Of a stretch of DNA of 64,000 nt, positions 27,775 through 36,485 are shown one piece after another (the stretch's first letter is position 1; each line of letters opens with the position of its first letter). Under the pieces are notes generated by a model. That model saw nothing but the letters and a program-made list of their open reading frames with translations. It did no database searches and had not been told where the DNA came from. This DNA is from an uncultured Spirochaetales bacterium. Its GTDB lineage: Bacteria > UBP6 > UBA1177. A program made the position numbers and the translations under genes. The DNA is taken from the NCBI GenBank assembly GCA_964630905.1, contig CAZVWR010000006.1, positions 6,232-70,231 of the forward strand, written 5' to 3'.

Positions 27775-28069
27775 AGGTTACAAAACAGAAAGTCTTGACA
27801 AAACAATTGAAAGATTTGTTGATAAAAACAGTGCAAAAGAACAGCTTTTAAATGAAATGTACGAGGAAATGAAACTTGGTATCATCATGGATAATTTAAG
27901 AGAACTCAGAAAGAAAAAAGGGCTTACTCTCAAAGAAGTTGCAGAACTTATGAATTCATCAGAAAGTGCGATGTCGAGACTTGAGAAACAAATTAAAAAT
28001 GTAACAATCTCAACGCTTGCCAGATATGCCAAAGTGCTCGGTCGAAAGATCGAAATTAGGGTCGTGTAA
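27764..28069 (+). CDS. HTH (XRE-type) antitoxin
   Basis: 101 aa. Overlaps the toxin gene by 11 nt. HTH segment LRELRKKKGLTLKEVAELMNSSESAMSRLE. Confidence 0.8.
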   Translation: MKNKGYKTESLDKTIERFVDKNSAKEQLLNEMYEEMKLGIIMDNLRELRKKKGLTLKEVAELMNSSESAMSRLEKQIKNVTISTLARYAKVLGRKIEIRVV

Positions 28070-28136
28070 ATTTTAACGACATAAATGGACACCACCCTAA
28101 CATCTAAATATATTCTCATCCTTAATTCACTCCAAA

Positions 28137-28178
28137 CCCCTAAATCAATTCCACTTTTTTCAGTTTTCTGGCGAGTAA
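28137..28178. repeat. right copy of the ~43-bp direct repeat flanking the toxin-antitoxin cassette
   Basis: See 27212..27254. Weaker similarity continues about 40 bp further on both sides (…AATCTAATTGCTGCATT vs …AAATCTGCATTG). Confidence 0.6.
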
Positions 28179-28215
28179 ATTAATTCAATATCATATCTCA
28201 AATCTGCATTGTTTT

Positions 28216-28244
28216 TTGACACCTTAATCCACTGAAGCTATACT
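28216..28244 (+). promoter_or_regulatory. putative sigma70-type promoter
   Basis: TTGACA (28216..28221), 17-nt spacer, TATACT (28239..28244), about 30 nt upstream of ATG 28276. Confidence 0.4.
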
Positions 28245-28275
28245 CCGTTGCAATAGTTTTTAGGGATGTTTTGTC

Positions 28276-31200
28276 ATGCATCAGTTCATCAGAATAACAA
28301 ACGGTTGTGAGAACAATCTGAAAAATGTGAATGTTGAGATAGAAAAAGGGAAGTTCACGGTTGTTACGGGAGTTTCGGGAAGCGGTAAATCATCGTTGGT
28401 TTATGACACAATATTCAAGGAATCTCAGCGGTTATACTTTTCTACATTTCCAAGCTGGAGCAGAAAATATCTCGGTGTCGCAAACCGCCCGAAAGCTGAT
28501 TCAATTACAGGTCTTGATGCTGCAATTGCGATAGATCAGAAAAGTTCTGTTTCAAATCCGAAGTCGACTGTCGGAACTTTTTCAGGGATTTATGATCATC
28601 TGCGGCTCCTTTTCGCAAGGTTTGGAAGTGATGGAGTTCAAACAGGCGGTTTTTCCCGTTCACTTTTTTCATTCAATCTCGAAAAAGGATGGTGTGAAAA
28701 GTGCAAAGGTTTCGGTGTTGAAGATTTTCTTGACCCTGATCTCATTGTTGCAGAGTGGTCAAAATCGGTTAGAGAGCGGGCGTTGAAGATAACAGCACCA
28801 AACGGATACATCATCTATTCACAGGTGACTCTTGAAGTGCTTGACACAGTTTTCAAAGAGCACGGTTTTTCAATTGACACTCCGCTTGATCAACTGACTG
28901 AAGAACAGCTCAATGTCATGTTCTACGGCTCAGACCGGATAAAAGTGCCGTTTGGAAAGCACACTCTTGAAAGCAGGATGAAATGGACAGGCATCACAGT
29001 AAAACCAAGAGAAGAGGGGTTCTATCCCGGTTTCATTAATGTTATGAACGACATTTTAAAAAGAGACCGCAACGCAAATATCTTAAGATTCGTCCGGTCA
29101 GTTCCGTGTTCAGAGTGCAACGGGTCGCGACTTAACCCGAAAGTGCTCAAAGTGCTTTACAGATCAAGGAACATTGCTGAAATTGCCGACATGACTTTTG
29201 TGAAACTTGTTGAATTTCTTGAAGGTGTTGAAATAAAGAACGATGGTGAAAAAACACTTGTGCGGCAGATAGAAAAAATGGTAAAAACACTTATAAATTC
29301 AGGGCTTTCGTATCTTACTCTTTCGAGGACGGCAGACTCTCTTTCATCAGGCGAAGTTCAGCGGATCAGGATATCAGCGTTATCGGAAAGTGCCATTCGC
29401 GGGGCAACTTTTATTTTTGATGAACCCACTGCCGGTCTTCACGGTTTAGAATCGGGAGCGGTGATCGAACTCATTAAAAAGATAAGAGATAACGGCAACA
29501 CAGTGATAGCAGTCGAGCACGATATCAATACAATTCTCAATGCCGACAACATAATTGAAACAGGCCCCGGCGGTGGAGTCAACGGCGGAAACATAATCTT
29601 TTCAGGCAGTTTGCACGATTTTTGTGCCTTTGGGAAAGATATTATCTCTCCGACATTAAGAGCAATGCTTGAAAAAAGAGTTCCAAACGATACTGCATCT
29701 GAAAAAGATGAAATGATTCTAAGCAATTGCAACATTAATAATCTTGAAAATGTGACAGCGGTATTTAAGTCAGGTTCCATAAATGCGATATGCGGTGTAA
29801 GCGGATCGGGAAAGCGGTCGCTGATGAATTGTCTGATCGCAAAATTTGAAAAAGAATCAGCACCTTACATAAAGATAGACAGAACTCCGATAGGCAGAAC
29901 TCCGAGATCAAACCCTGCAACTTACACCGGAATAAGTGACAAAATAAGAGACATTTTCGCGTCACTCGTTTCATCAAAAAAAGCGAATCTTACAAAAAGC
30001 CATTTCTCTTTTAATTCTGAAGTGGGCAGATGCCCAAAATGTGAAGGGGCTGGAGTGATAGAAATAGGAATGAAATTCATGGGTTCTGTCAGAACAGTTT
30101 GTGAACTATGCAATGGAAAAAGATTCAACGATGAAGTTCTGAAAGTAAAATATAAAGATAAGACAATTTCAGATGTGCTGGATTTGTCAGTTGAAGAAGC
30201 CATTGAATTCTTTAAGGAATATCCTCAAATTGCAAAAACGCTCAAGATCCTTGATGATCTTGGCACAGGGTATCTTAAATTAGGACAGACATCTTCATCT
30301 CTTTCGGGCGGAGAAGCGCAGAGAATTAAACTCGCCACACACCTTTCAAAAGCAAAAAGGGGAGGAAATATTCTTTTTGAAGAGCCGTCATCGGGTCTTC
30401 ACTCTCTGGATGTGAAAAAACTCATCTGCGTACTTAAATCAAATATCAGCGAAGGTGATACAATATTTGCCATAGAAAACAATCCCTGCTTTATCATCGA
30501 AAGCGGTCACATCGTTGAACTCGGTCCGGATAGCGGTGAAAATGGAGGTGAAATCGTTTTTTCAGGAAGTCCGCAGGATCTGCTTGAGAAAGGATCGACT
30601 AAAACAGCAGAAGTCATCAGAAACTTTGTCAATAACAGCATGATGTTGACTGGTGTCGGGAATCATCACGATAACTATCTGGAAAAATTGGAGAATGATC
30701 TTGTTATAGAAGGGATTGAAACAAATAACCTTAAAAATATCACGCTGAGAATAAAGACGGGGAAGCTCAATGTTGTTGCGGGGGTTTCAGGCAGCGGCAA
30801 GACAAGTCTTTGTTTTGACACACTTTTTACTGAGTGCATAAACAGTTTTCTTGAAGGTGTTTCACCTTATGTCAAAACACAGATACTTAAAAAAAGAACT
30901 GATGAGATTTCAAAAAGTGAAGGGTTGATGGCACCTGTGGGGATTTCGGGGAAATTTACTGCAACAGGGGTCAGATCTACAGCCGGCACAGTCAGCGGAC
31001 TTTATGAGATACTCAGAATGCTCTATTCAAGGGCAGGAAAAAATAAAACCGGTGAGCCGTGCAGATTTTCGGCAGGGGACTTTTCATTTAATTCTGAAAC
31101 AGGGTCATGTGAAAAATGTCACGGAACAGCGGTAATTCTGCAGACAGACATAAAAAAAATTGTCACAAATCCTGAAAAGTCTTTCATCAACGGAGCCATA

Positions 31201-32961
31201 GACGGAACAAAGCAGGGAAAATTTTATGGTGAGGCATCGGGTCAGTTTGTTCACACCCTCATTGCAGCAGGGAATGAACTGAACATTGATTTTTCAAGGC
31301 CGGTTGCGGAACTTTCTGAAAATGAATTGAATATTGCTCTTTTTGGAGTTGCCGACAGAGAGTTTGCAGTTTCATGGCATTTTAAGAGGGGTACAGTTGA
31401 GGGGACTCACAATTTCAAAGGAAAGTGGACAGGGTTTGCAAATCTCATAACTGATGAATTTTACAGGTCAATCGGCAATAAAAATGAAAGTGTATTAAGA
31501 GATCTGATGGAAGAGGTCGTCTGTCCTGAATGTAATGGAAAGCGACTGAAAAAGGAACTGCTTGAAGTTGAATTTGCTAAAACTGAAGTTGCAGCGATAA
31601 ACAGTTTTTCAGCGATAGAATTAAAAAAGTTCATTGATAACGGACTGAATATGACAGAGCTTGAAAAAGCTGTTTTAAATACGCTGAAACCCGAAATGGA
31701 AAGCATACTCAACCGTCTGATAAAACTGGGACTTTCCCACATCTCAATTGACAGGGCAACTTCGACGATGTCACTTGGTGAAAGAGAACGGCTGAAGCTC
31801 GCAAAGAGCTGTCACGACGGACTGACAAACATAATTTACATAATTGATGAGCCGTCAAGAGGGGTAAGTGTAAAAGAGAGTGAAAATCTTGTTTCAATTC
31901 TGCGTGAGCTTACTGAAAAAGGGAACACAGTTGTTGCTGTGGAGCATGAGCCGGCAGTTATAAAATCGGCCGATCACATAATTGAACTTGGACCGGGATC
32001 GGGTCAGAAAGGGGGCGAGATCATTTTTGAAGGAACGGTTGAAAAACTCCTTGAAAAAGAGACTCCCACAGCTTTATCGCTCAAGTTCGTTCCCGAAAAA
32101 AGGATGTTGCATCTATCTGAATTTATTGAATTTAAAGTTGATGGTCCAAGAAATATTAAAAAGTTTGACCTCAAAATTCCATTAAAAGCGACAACTGTCA
32201 TCACAGGAGTTTCAGGAAGCGGCAAGACAACACTTTTAAAGGAAGTGATAGCGAAACGACTTGCATGCAAAGAAATTTTCTATAGCGAAAACCGTCCATT
32301 TCTGAGTACAACAAAACTTTCAACTGTTGCAACGATCACCGGCTTAAGCGATCTTGTTAAGAAGAAATTCGGCAAAGGTTTTAAAATAACTAAAGATAAT
32401 CTCTGCAAAAACTGCGGAGGGAGCGGTTACACAACTGTTTCACTTGATTATATCAGCGATTCTGAATCTCTCTGTCCTGATTGTGAAGGTTCCGGATACC
32501 GTGGCGATATACTCAATCAGAAATATAGAGGAAAGAACATATATGAACTCCTTTCAATGGAAGTCGATACAGCTCTCAAATTTTTTGCTGATGATAGCAA
32601 GATCATGAAAATATTGAATATTATGAATGACTGCGGACTCGGTTATCTCCATCTTGATCAGCAGACGAATTCCCTTTCAACAGGAGAAGTTCAGCGGCTT
32701 TCGCTTGCCGTCACCCTTTCAAAGTTTCTCCTGGGAAATGATTCAGAAAACAAGTTCTTTTTATTTGACGAACCGTCAACAGGACTCCATTTTTCAGACA
32801 TCACGCATCTGCTCAAGCTTTTCAGATCACTCAATGAAAAAGGGCACACAGTCATAATTGCAGAACATCGAAGTCAGATAATTCAAAATGCAGACTATAT
32901 CGTTGAACTCGGACCCGGAAGCGGCAAAGAGGGCGGGGAACTGCTTAATCAATCTACTTAA
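28276..32961 (+). CDS. tandem-duplicated UvrA-like ABC ATPase (four nucleotide-binding modules)
   Basis: 1561 aa. Four Walker A motifs (GVSGSGKS / GVSGSGKR / GVSGSGKT / GVSGSGKT). Four signature motifs (LSSGEVQR, LSGGEAQR, MSLGERER, LSTGEVQR). Four Walker B motifs (FDEPTAGLH, FEEPSSGLH, IDEPSRGVS, FDEPSTGLH). UvrA-type CxxC zinc modules (CEKCKGFG, CSECNGSR, CPKCEGAG, CELCNGKR, CEKCHGTA, CPECNGKR, CKNCGGSG, CPDCEGSG). Confidence 0.85.
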   Translation: MHQFIRITNGCENNLKNVNVEIEKGKFTVVTGVSGSGKSSLVYDTIFKESQRLYFSTFPSWSRKYLGVANRPKADSITGLDAAIAIDQKSSVSNPKSTVGTFSGIYDHLRLLFARFGSDGVQTGGFSRSLFSFNLEKGWCEKCKGFGVEDFLDPDLIVAEWSKSVRERALKITAPNGYIIYSQVTLEVLDTVFKEHGFSIDTPLDQLTEEQLNVMFYGSDRIKVPFGKHTLESRMKWTGITVKPREEGFYPGFINVMNDILKRDRNANILRFVRSVPCSECNGSRLNPKVLKVLYRSRNIAEIADMTFVKLVEFLEGVEIKNDGEKTLVRQIEKMVKTLINSGLSYLTLSRTADSLSSGEVQRIRISALSESAIRGATFIFDEPTAGLHGLESGAVIELIKKIRDNGNTVIAVEHDINTILNADNIIETGPGGGVNGGNIIFSGSLHDFCAFGKDIISPTLRAMLEKRVPNDTASEKDEMILSNCNINNLENVTAVFKSGSINAICGVSGSGKRSLMNCLIAKFEKESAPYIKIDRTPIGRTPRSNPATYTGISDKIRDIFASLVSSKKANLTKSHFSFNSEVGRCPKCEGAGVIEIGMKFMGSVRTVCELCNGKRFNDEVLKVKYKDKTISDVLDLSVEEAIEFFKEYPQIAKTLKILDDLGTGYLKLGQTSSSLSGGEAQRIKLATHLSKAKRGGNILFEEPSSGLHSLDVKKLICVLKSNISEGDTIFAIENNPCFIIESGHIVELGPDSGENGGEIVFSGSPQDLLEKGSTKTAEVIRNFVNNSMMLTGVGNHHDNYLEKLENDLVIEGIETNNLKNITLRIKTGKLNVVAGVSGSGKTSLCFDTLFTECINSFLEGVSPYVKTQILKKRTDEISKSEGLMAPVGISGKFTATGVRSTAGTVSGLYEILRMLYSRAGKNKTGEPCRFSAGDFSFNSETGSCEKCHGTAVILQTDIKKIVTNPEKSFINGAIDGTKQGKFYGEASGQFVHTLIAAGNELNIDFSRPVAELSENELNIALFGVADREFAVSWHFKRGTVEGTHNFKGKWTGFANLITDEFYRSIGNKNESVLRDLMEEVVCPECNGKRLKKELLEVEFAKTEVAAINSFSAIELKKFIDNGLNMTELEKAVLNTLKPEMESILNRLIKLGLSHISIDRATSTMSLGERERLKLAKSCHDGLTNIIYIIDEPSRGVSVKESENLVSILRELTEKGNTVVAVEHEPAVIKSADHIIELGPGSGQKGGEIIFEGTVEKLLEKETPTALSLKFVPEKRMLHLSEFIEFKVDGPRNIKKFDLKIPLKATTVITGVSGSGKTTLLKEVIAKRLACKEIFYSENRPFLSTTKLSTVATITGLSDLVKKKFGKGFKITKDNLCKNCGGSGYTTVSLDYISDSESLCPDCEGSGYRGDILNQKYRGKNIYELLSMEVDTALKFFADDSKIMKILNIMNDCGLGYLHLDQQTNSLSTGEVQRLSLAVTLSKFLLGNDSENKFFLFDEPSTGLHFSDITHLLKLFRSLNEKGHTVIIAEHRSQIIQNADYIVELGPGSGKEGGELLNQST

Positions 32962-33589
32962 ATGTGATCTGTATATCTTTTATATTCTCAATGTTATTTG
33001 CCTTTATGACTTCAGGTGTTTCACTTATCTGGATCTTTGCGGTGGTGGATTTTGAGCTGAAATTCGTTTCGTTCAGTTCAAAATAGACATTATAAATTCC
33101 ATTCTCTGCGGGTTGGAAGGCTATGTCATCGATTTTCCAGGTCAATTCGGGCACATGGTTATGGTTCATTCTTGATGCACCGGTTACTGCATCAACCATT
33201 CCGTTACTTCCGTAATTTGATTTTGATGCCCATCTCTGCAGTTTGCTTTTGTAATTGCGTGCCCAGGCACCGAGAGTCTGAATATAACTCCCGTCCTCTT
33301 TTTCTATCCATACAGCAAAAACATTTCTGGGTGCATACTGTCCGTTGTAGCTGGTTGTAGTAACGGTCAGGGACATCGTTACCGGAGTCGGAGTGTTGTT
33401 TTCATCAGGCACAACGGTTTCATCAGGCACAGCAGCTTCATCGGGTGTAACTGTATTATCAGGCGTAACTGTTTCATCAGATATAGCGGTTTCATCGGGA
33501 GTAACTGTTGCCTTGTCGGTACGATCAAAATTGTCACAACCGGCAAAAATTACAGTAAGCAGAGAAATTAGTATGAGCTGATTTCTCAT
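32954..33589 (-). CDS. lipoprotein, DUF2271-like
   Basis: 211 aa. Lipobox VIFAGC. Six (T/A)V(T/V)PDE-type heptad repeats. Then FAVWIEKEDGSYIQTLGAW...LQRW...VDAVTGASR, which resembles DUF2271. The 3' end overlaps the UvrA-like gene by 8 nt (convergent). Confidence 0.6.
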   Translation of the reverse strand: MRNQLILISLLTVIFAGCDNFDRTDKATVTPDETAISDETVTPDNTVTPDEAAVPDETVVPDENNTPTPVTMSLTVTTTSYNGQYAPRNVFAVWIEKEDGSYIQTLGAWARNYKSKLQRWASKSNYGSNGMVDAVTGASRMNHNHVPELTWKIDDIAFQPAENGIYNVYFELNETNFSSKSTTAKIQISETPEVIKANNIENIKDIQITFK

Positions 33590-33612
33590 TTTTTACTCCG
33601 TATAATTCGGGT

Positions 33613-34587
33613 TTATTTAAATATATGTCCGATCCTTTTTAAACGGAGGTCAATGACATCAAGAATGCTTTCGCCAAACTGAACTGAAAACCAGACAAAT
33701 AGCGGTTTTCCCTGAAGGTTTTCTCTCGGGACAAATCCCCAGTATCTGCTGTCAAGACTGTCATCACGGTTATCACCCATGACGAAATAATTTCTTTGCG
33801 GGACTGTGAACGATCTGTTGCAGTATTTGCAGTACTGCTCGATCTCTTCTCTTCTCTGCTCGTTTATCGCATCGTTATAGATCACTTTATACTGTCTGCC
33901 GTTCTCATTTGTTTCAATGAACTGCGTTGTTGTTGCTTTTTCGCCTCTTGATGAGGTGTAGGTCACTTTGCCTGAAAATTCCCTGATGAGCTTTTTCCCG
34001 TTCACATAGACATCTGTTCCGCTTAGAAGGATGGTGTCTCCGGGAATCCCGACAACTCTTTTAACGAGTGCTTTTTTCTGCGGTTCCGGCTCAGTGAAAG
34101 TGATTATTTCGCCCCTTTGCGGATCTGAAAACTCAACGAACTGATTTTCAGCGAAAGGAAGTGTAAGACCGTAAACGAACATTGCCACAAAAAGATTATC
34201 GCCTATTTCGATTGTATTTACCATACTTCCCGTCGGAACGCGGTATGAACCGATCACAAAGAATTTAAGTACAAGTGCAATGAGAACAACAAGCCACAGT
34301 TCATCAAAAAGCTCGGCGAGTGCGTTCTGTTTATATTTGTCAAAATGGAGCTTGAAGTTGTGATCTATGTCATAAAGCAGTTTCTGTGCATCTTCGAGCT
34401 TCGCATGTCCTGTCTGGTGTTTTCTTATAAGTTCTTCCGTTGATTCAAGATTTGAAACAATGCGCTTTTCGACAGTTTCAGGCAGAAGTTTCCGTTTCTT
34501 CTTTATCCAGCCCATCTGCCTTTGTCTATTCTGGATCTTTTTAATCAGCTTGTTGAGTTTCATTTTTGTAAACATCACCGCCTCCAA
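33613..34587 (-). CDS. lepB: signal peptidase I with long Lys-rich N-terminal extension
   Basis: 324 aa. Catalytic Ser context VPTGSMVNTIEIGDNLFV, Lys context VKRVVGIPGDTI, and GDNRDDSLDSRYWGFV. The single TM helix sits only at about residue 95. Confidence 0.85.
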   Translation of the reverse strand: MEAVMFTKMKLNKLIKKIQNRQRQMGWIKKKRKLLPETVEKRIVSNLESTEELIRKHQTGHAKLEDAQKLLYDIDHNFKLHFDKYKQNALAELFDELWLVVLIALVLKFFVIGSYRVPTGSMVNTIEIGDNLFVAMFVYGLTLPFAENQFVEFSDPQRGEIITFTEPEPQKKALVKRVVGIPGDTILLSGTDVYVNGKKLIREFSGKVTYTSSRGEKATTTQFIETNENGRQYKVIYNDAINEQRREEIEQYCKYCNRSFTVPQRNYFVMGDNRDDSLDSRYWGFVPRENLQGKPLFVWFSVQFGESILDVIDLRLKRIGHIFK

Positions 34588-34641
34588 TAAGTACGGTAGA
34601 AAATACCCGAAATCATCTGAATTGCAAGATTATAAACAGAT

Positions 34642-36471
34642 TCAGATCACTGAACAGCCACAGCCGACTTCTTCTTCGTCTTCCGGGATGTTTTCTTTGT
34701 CTGAAGAGGTATCACCGGTGTTTCCTGTGTCGGTGTCATCGTTAGCGCTGTTGCCTGTATCTCCGGTGTTGCCGGTGTCGTCTGGAACTTCAACTTCTCC
34801 TCCGCATGCCATACTTTCAGGTTTGTAGAGCATGTTCTTCACCTTTTTTTCATCCATCGGTTCACAGGTGTTGTCAAAAGTGACTCTCACGGGAAGGCCC
34901 TGATTGGTTTTATATGCCTGTCCTTCGCCTGTTTTTGCATCCCAGATGGAAGCTGAATTGGTAAACGAGGCATTTTTGGGTGCTTCATCAGAAGGTTTTA
35001 CAAGAAATCTCAAAAGTATTCTGTCACAATCTGCCTCATTTTGACAGATATTAAATGATTCTGAGATCTTAAGTCCTGCTTCAAGAGGAAATCCGCCATT
35101 GTCAGAAAAGTCCTTGAAGCATGTTCCGGTTCCGGTTTCATCTATCTGGAAGGTACCGGGGATATAAGACTGTATACCCGAAACAACATCTTTCACCATT
35201 ACCGATTCAGCCGGCTCGTGGCCGTGATTTTCGACAACTATCTGATATCCGAAAATGGTTTTGGGACATACTTTGTCACTCTGGGAGAGGGGAGTGAGGA
35301 TGAACTTTTCGTTTTTCTGCGGAATGTCAAAAGCTGGAAGTCGCGTATCAACAGACAGGATCACATAGTTTGTGAGGACAATATCAGCACCGGTCTTGAT
35401 GTAGAAATTCATGGAGTTCGTGCCGTATTGAAGGTGAGGGTTAAAGATGGAATCGGGAACTTCAGGATCGTACTGAAGAAAAAAAGTATCGACATCAAAT
35501 GAAAGCTCAGTCCTGCATTCGGATTGTTCACCTTTATAATTGATCGTTCTGAACTTGCTGTTAAAAGGCTGATTAAGAGGATTGCATGCCTGATCACCGA
35601 TCTCACCCAGAACAAGAGCAGAAGGAGCAAGACCTCCCTGAAGTTCAAGAGATTCAGGAGCTTTAAGGTAGTCATCTCCGTCACTTGTAACAAATGATAT
35701 TTTTACAGCTGCATTTTCAGGAAGTTCAAAATTTGAGATATTTATGGTGGTCGGATTACTTGTGGTATTTGAGCTCCAGTCCATGCCGCTGTACAGATAG
35801 ATCCGTTTTCTTGCGATCTGCGATGAACCGTAAATGAAAATAAGCTGCCAGCCGCCGATCATACTTGCACTGGAGCAGTATGCGTGATCGATTCCACTTA
35901 ACTGACAGTCGTAGATGTCGTCAACTCCTTTCACATTGTATTCGCCGGTCATGGGCTTTATTTCACCTGAATTGATGTCATACTGCATTTCCCTGATAAT
36001 GTCAGTCACGTCAACTCTGTAAACATAATAGTAGTATTTGGACATGAGTTCGGTTTTATAATATGATTCAAACTCAAAACCCTGCGTGGAAGCTGTATTT
36101 CCCTGCAAAGTCGCAGTAACGGTGTGTTCACTGCCGTCAGGAATTGTAAGCGTTACTGAATTGTCTGTAAGAGCCATTTTGTCTGAATCGTTGACAGAGG
36201 CAAACCAGACTAATATTGCTTTTTCGATTACAGCATCTGCAGGAACATCTGTATCAAGAAGAAAGTCAGAAGCACCCGTTATGCCGATTGAAGTGTCGCC
36301 TTGAGGTTCATACTGAGAATGGTCTGCAGTATCAAGAAGAAGTGATTTTGAAATGATGAAATAATCAAAAGCTCCTTCATATTCCATGATGGGCAAGTTG
36401 CTTATCGGCAGAGCTGAAACTGATAATAATAACAATGTGTTGAGAACAAGTGACTTCGTAAGATTTTTCAT
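34642..36471 (-). CDS. secreted DUF11-containing protein with acidic spacer and GCGCSVI C-terminal tail
   Basis: 609 aa with a signal peptide. DUF11-like segment (VENHGHEPAESVMVKDVVSGIQSYIPGT). C-terminus is PDDTGNTGDTGNSANDDTDTGNTGD...EDEEEVGCGCSVI-stop. Paralogue of 45943..47910. Confidence 0.7.
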   Translation of the reverse strand: MKNLTKSLVLNTLLLLSVSALPISNLPIMEYEGAFDYFIISKSLLLDTADHSQYEPQGDTSIGITGASDFLLDTDVPADAVIEKAILVWFASVNDSDKMALTDNSVTLTIPDGSEHTVTATLQGNTASTQGFEFESYYKTELMSKYYYYVYRVDVTDIIREMQYDINSGEIKPMTGEYNVKGVDDIYDCQLSGIDHAYCSSASMIGGWQLIFIYGSSQIARKRIYLYSGMDWSSNTTSNPTTINISNFELPENAAVKISFVTSDGDDYLKAPESLELQGGLAPSALVLGEIGDQACNPLNQPFNSKFRTINYKGEQSECRTELSFDVDTFFLQYDPEVPDSIFNPHLQYGTNSMNFYIKTGADIVLTNYVILSVDTRLPAFDIPQKNEKFILTPLSQSDKVCPKTIFGYQIVVENHGHEPAESVMVKDVVSGIQSYIPGTFQIDETGTGTCFKDFSDNGGFPLEAGLKISESFNICQNEADCDRILLRFLVKPSDEAPKNASFTNSASIWDAKTGEGQAYKTNQGLPVRVTFDNTCEPMDEKKVKNMLYKPESMACGGEVEVPDDTGNTGDTGNSANDDTDTGNTGDTSSDKENIPEDEEEVGCGCSVI

Positions 36472-36485
36472 TTTTGACCCTCGCT

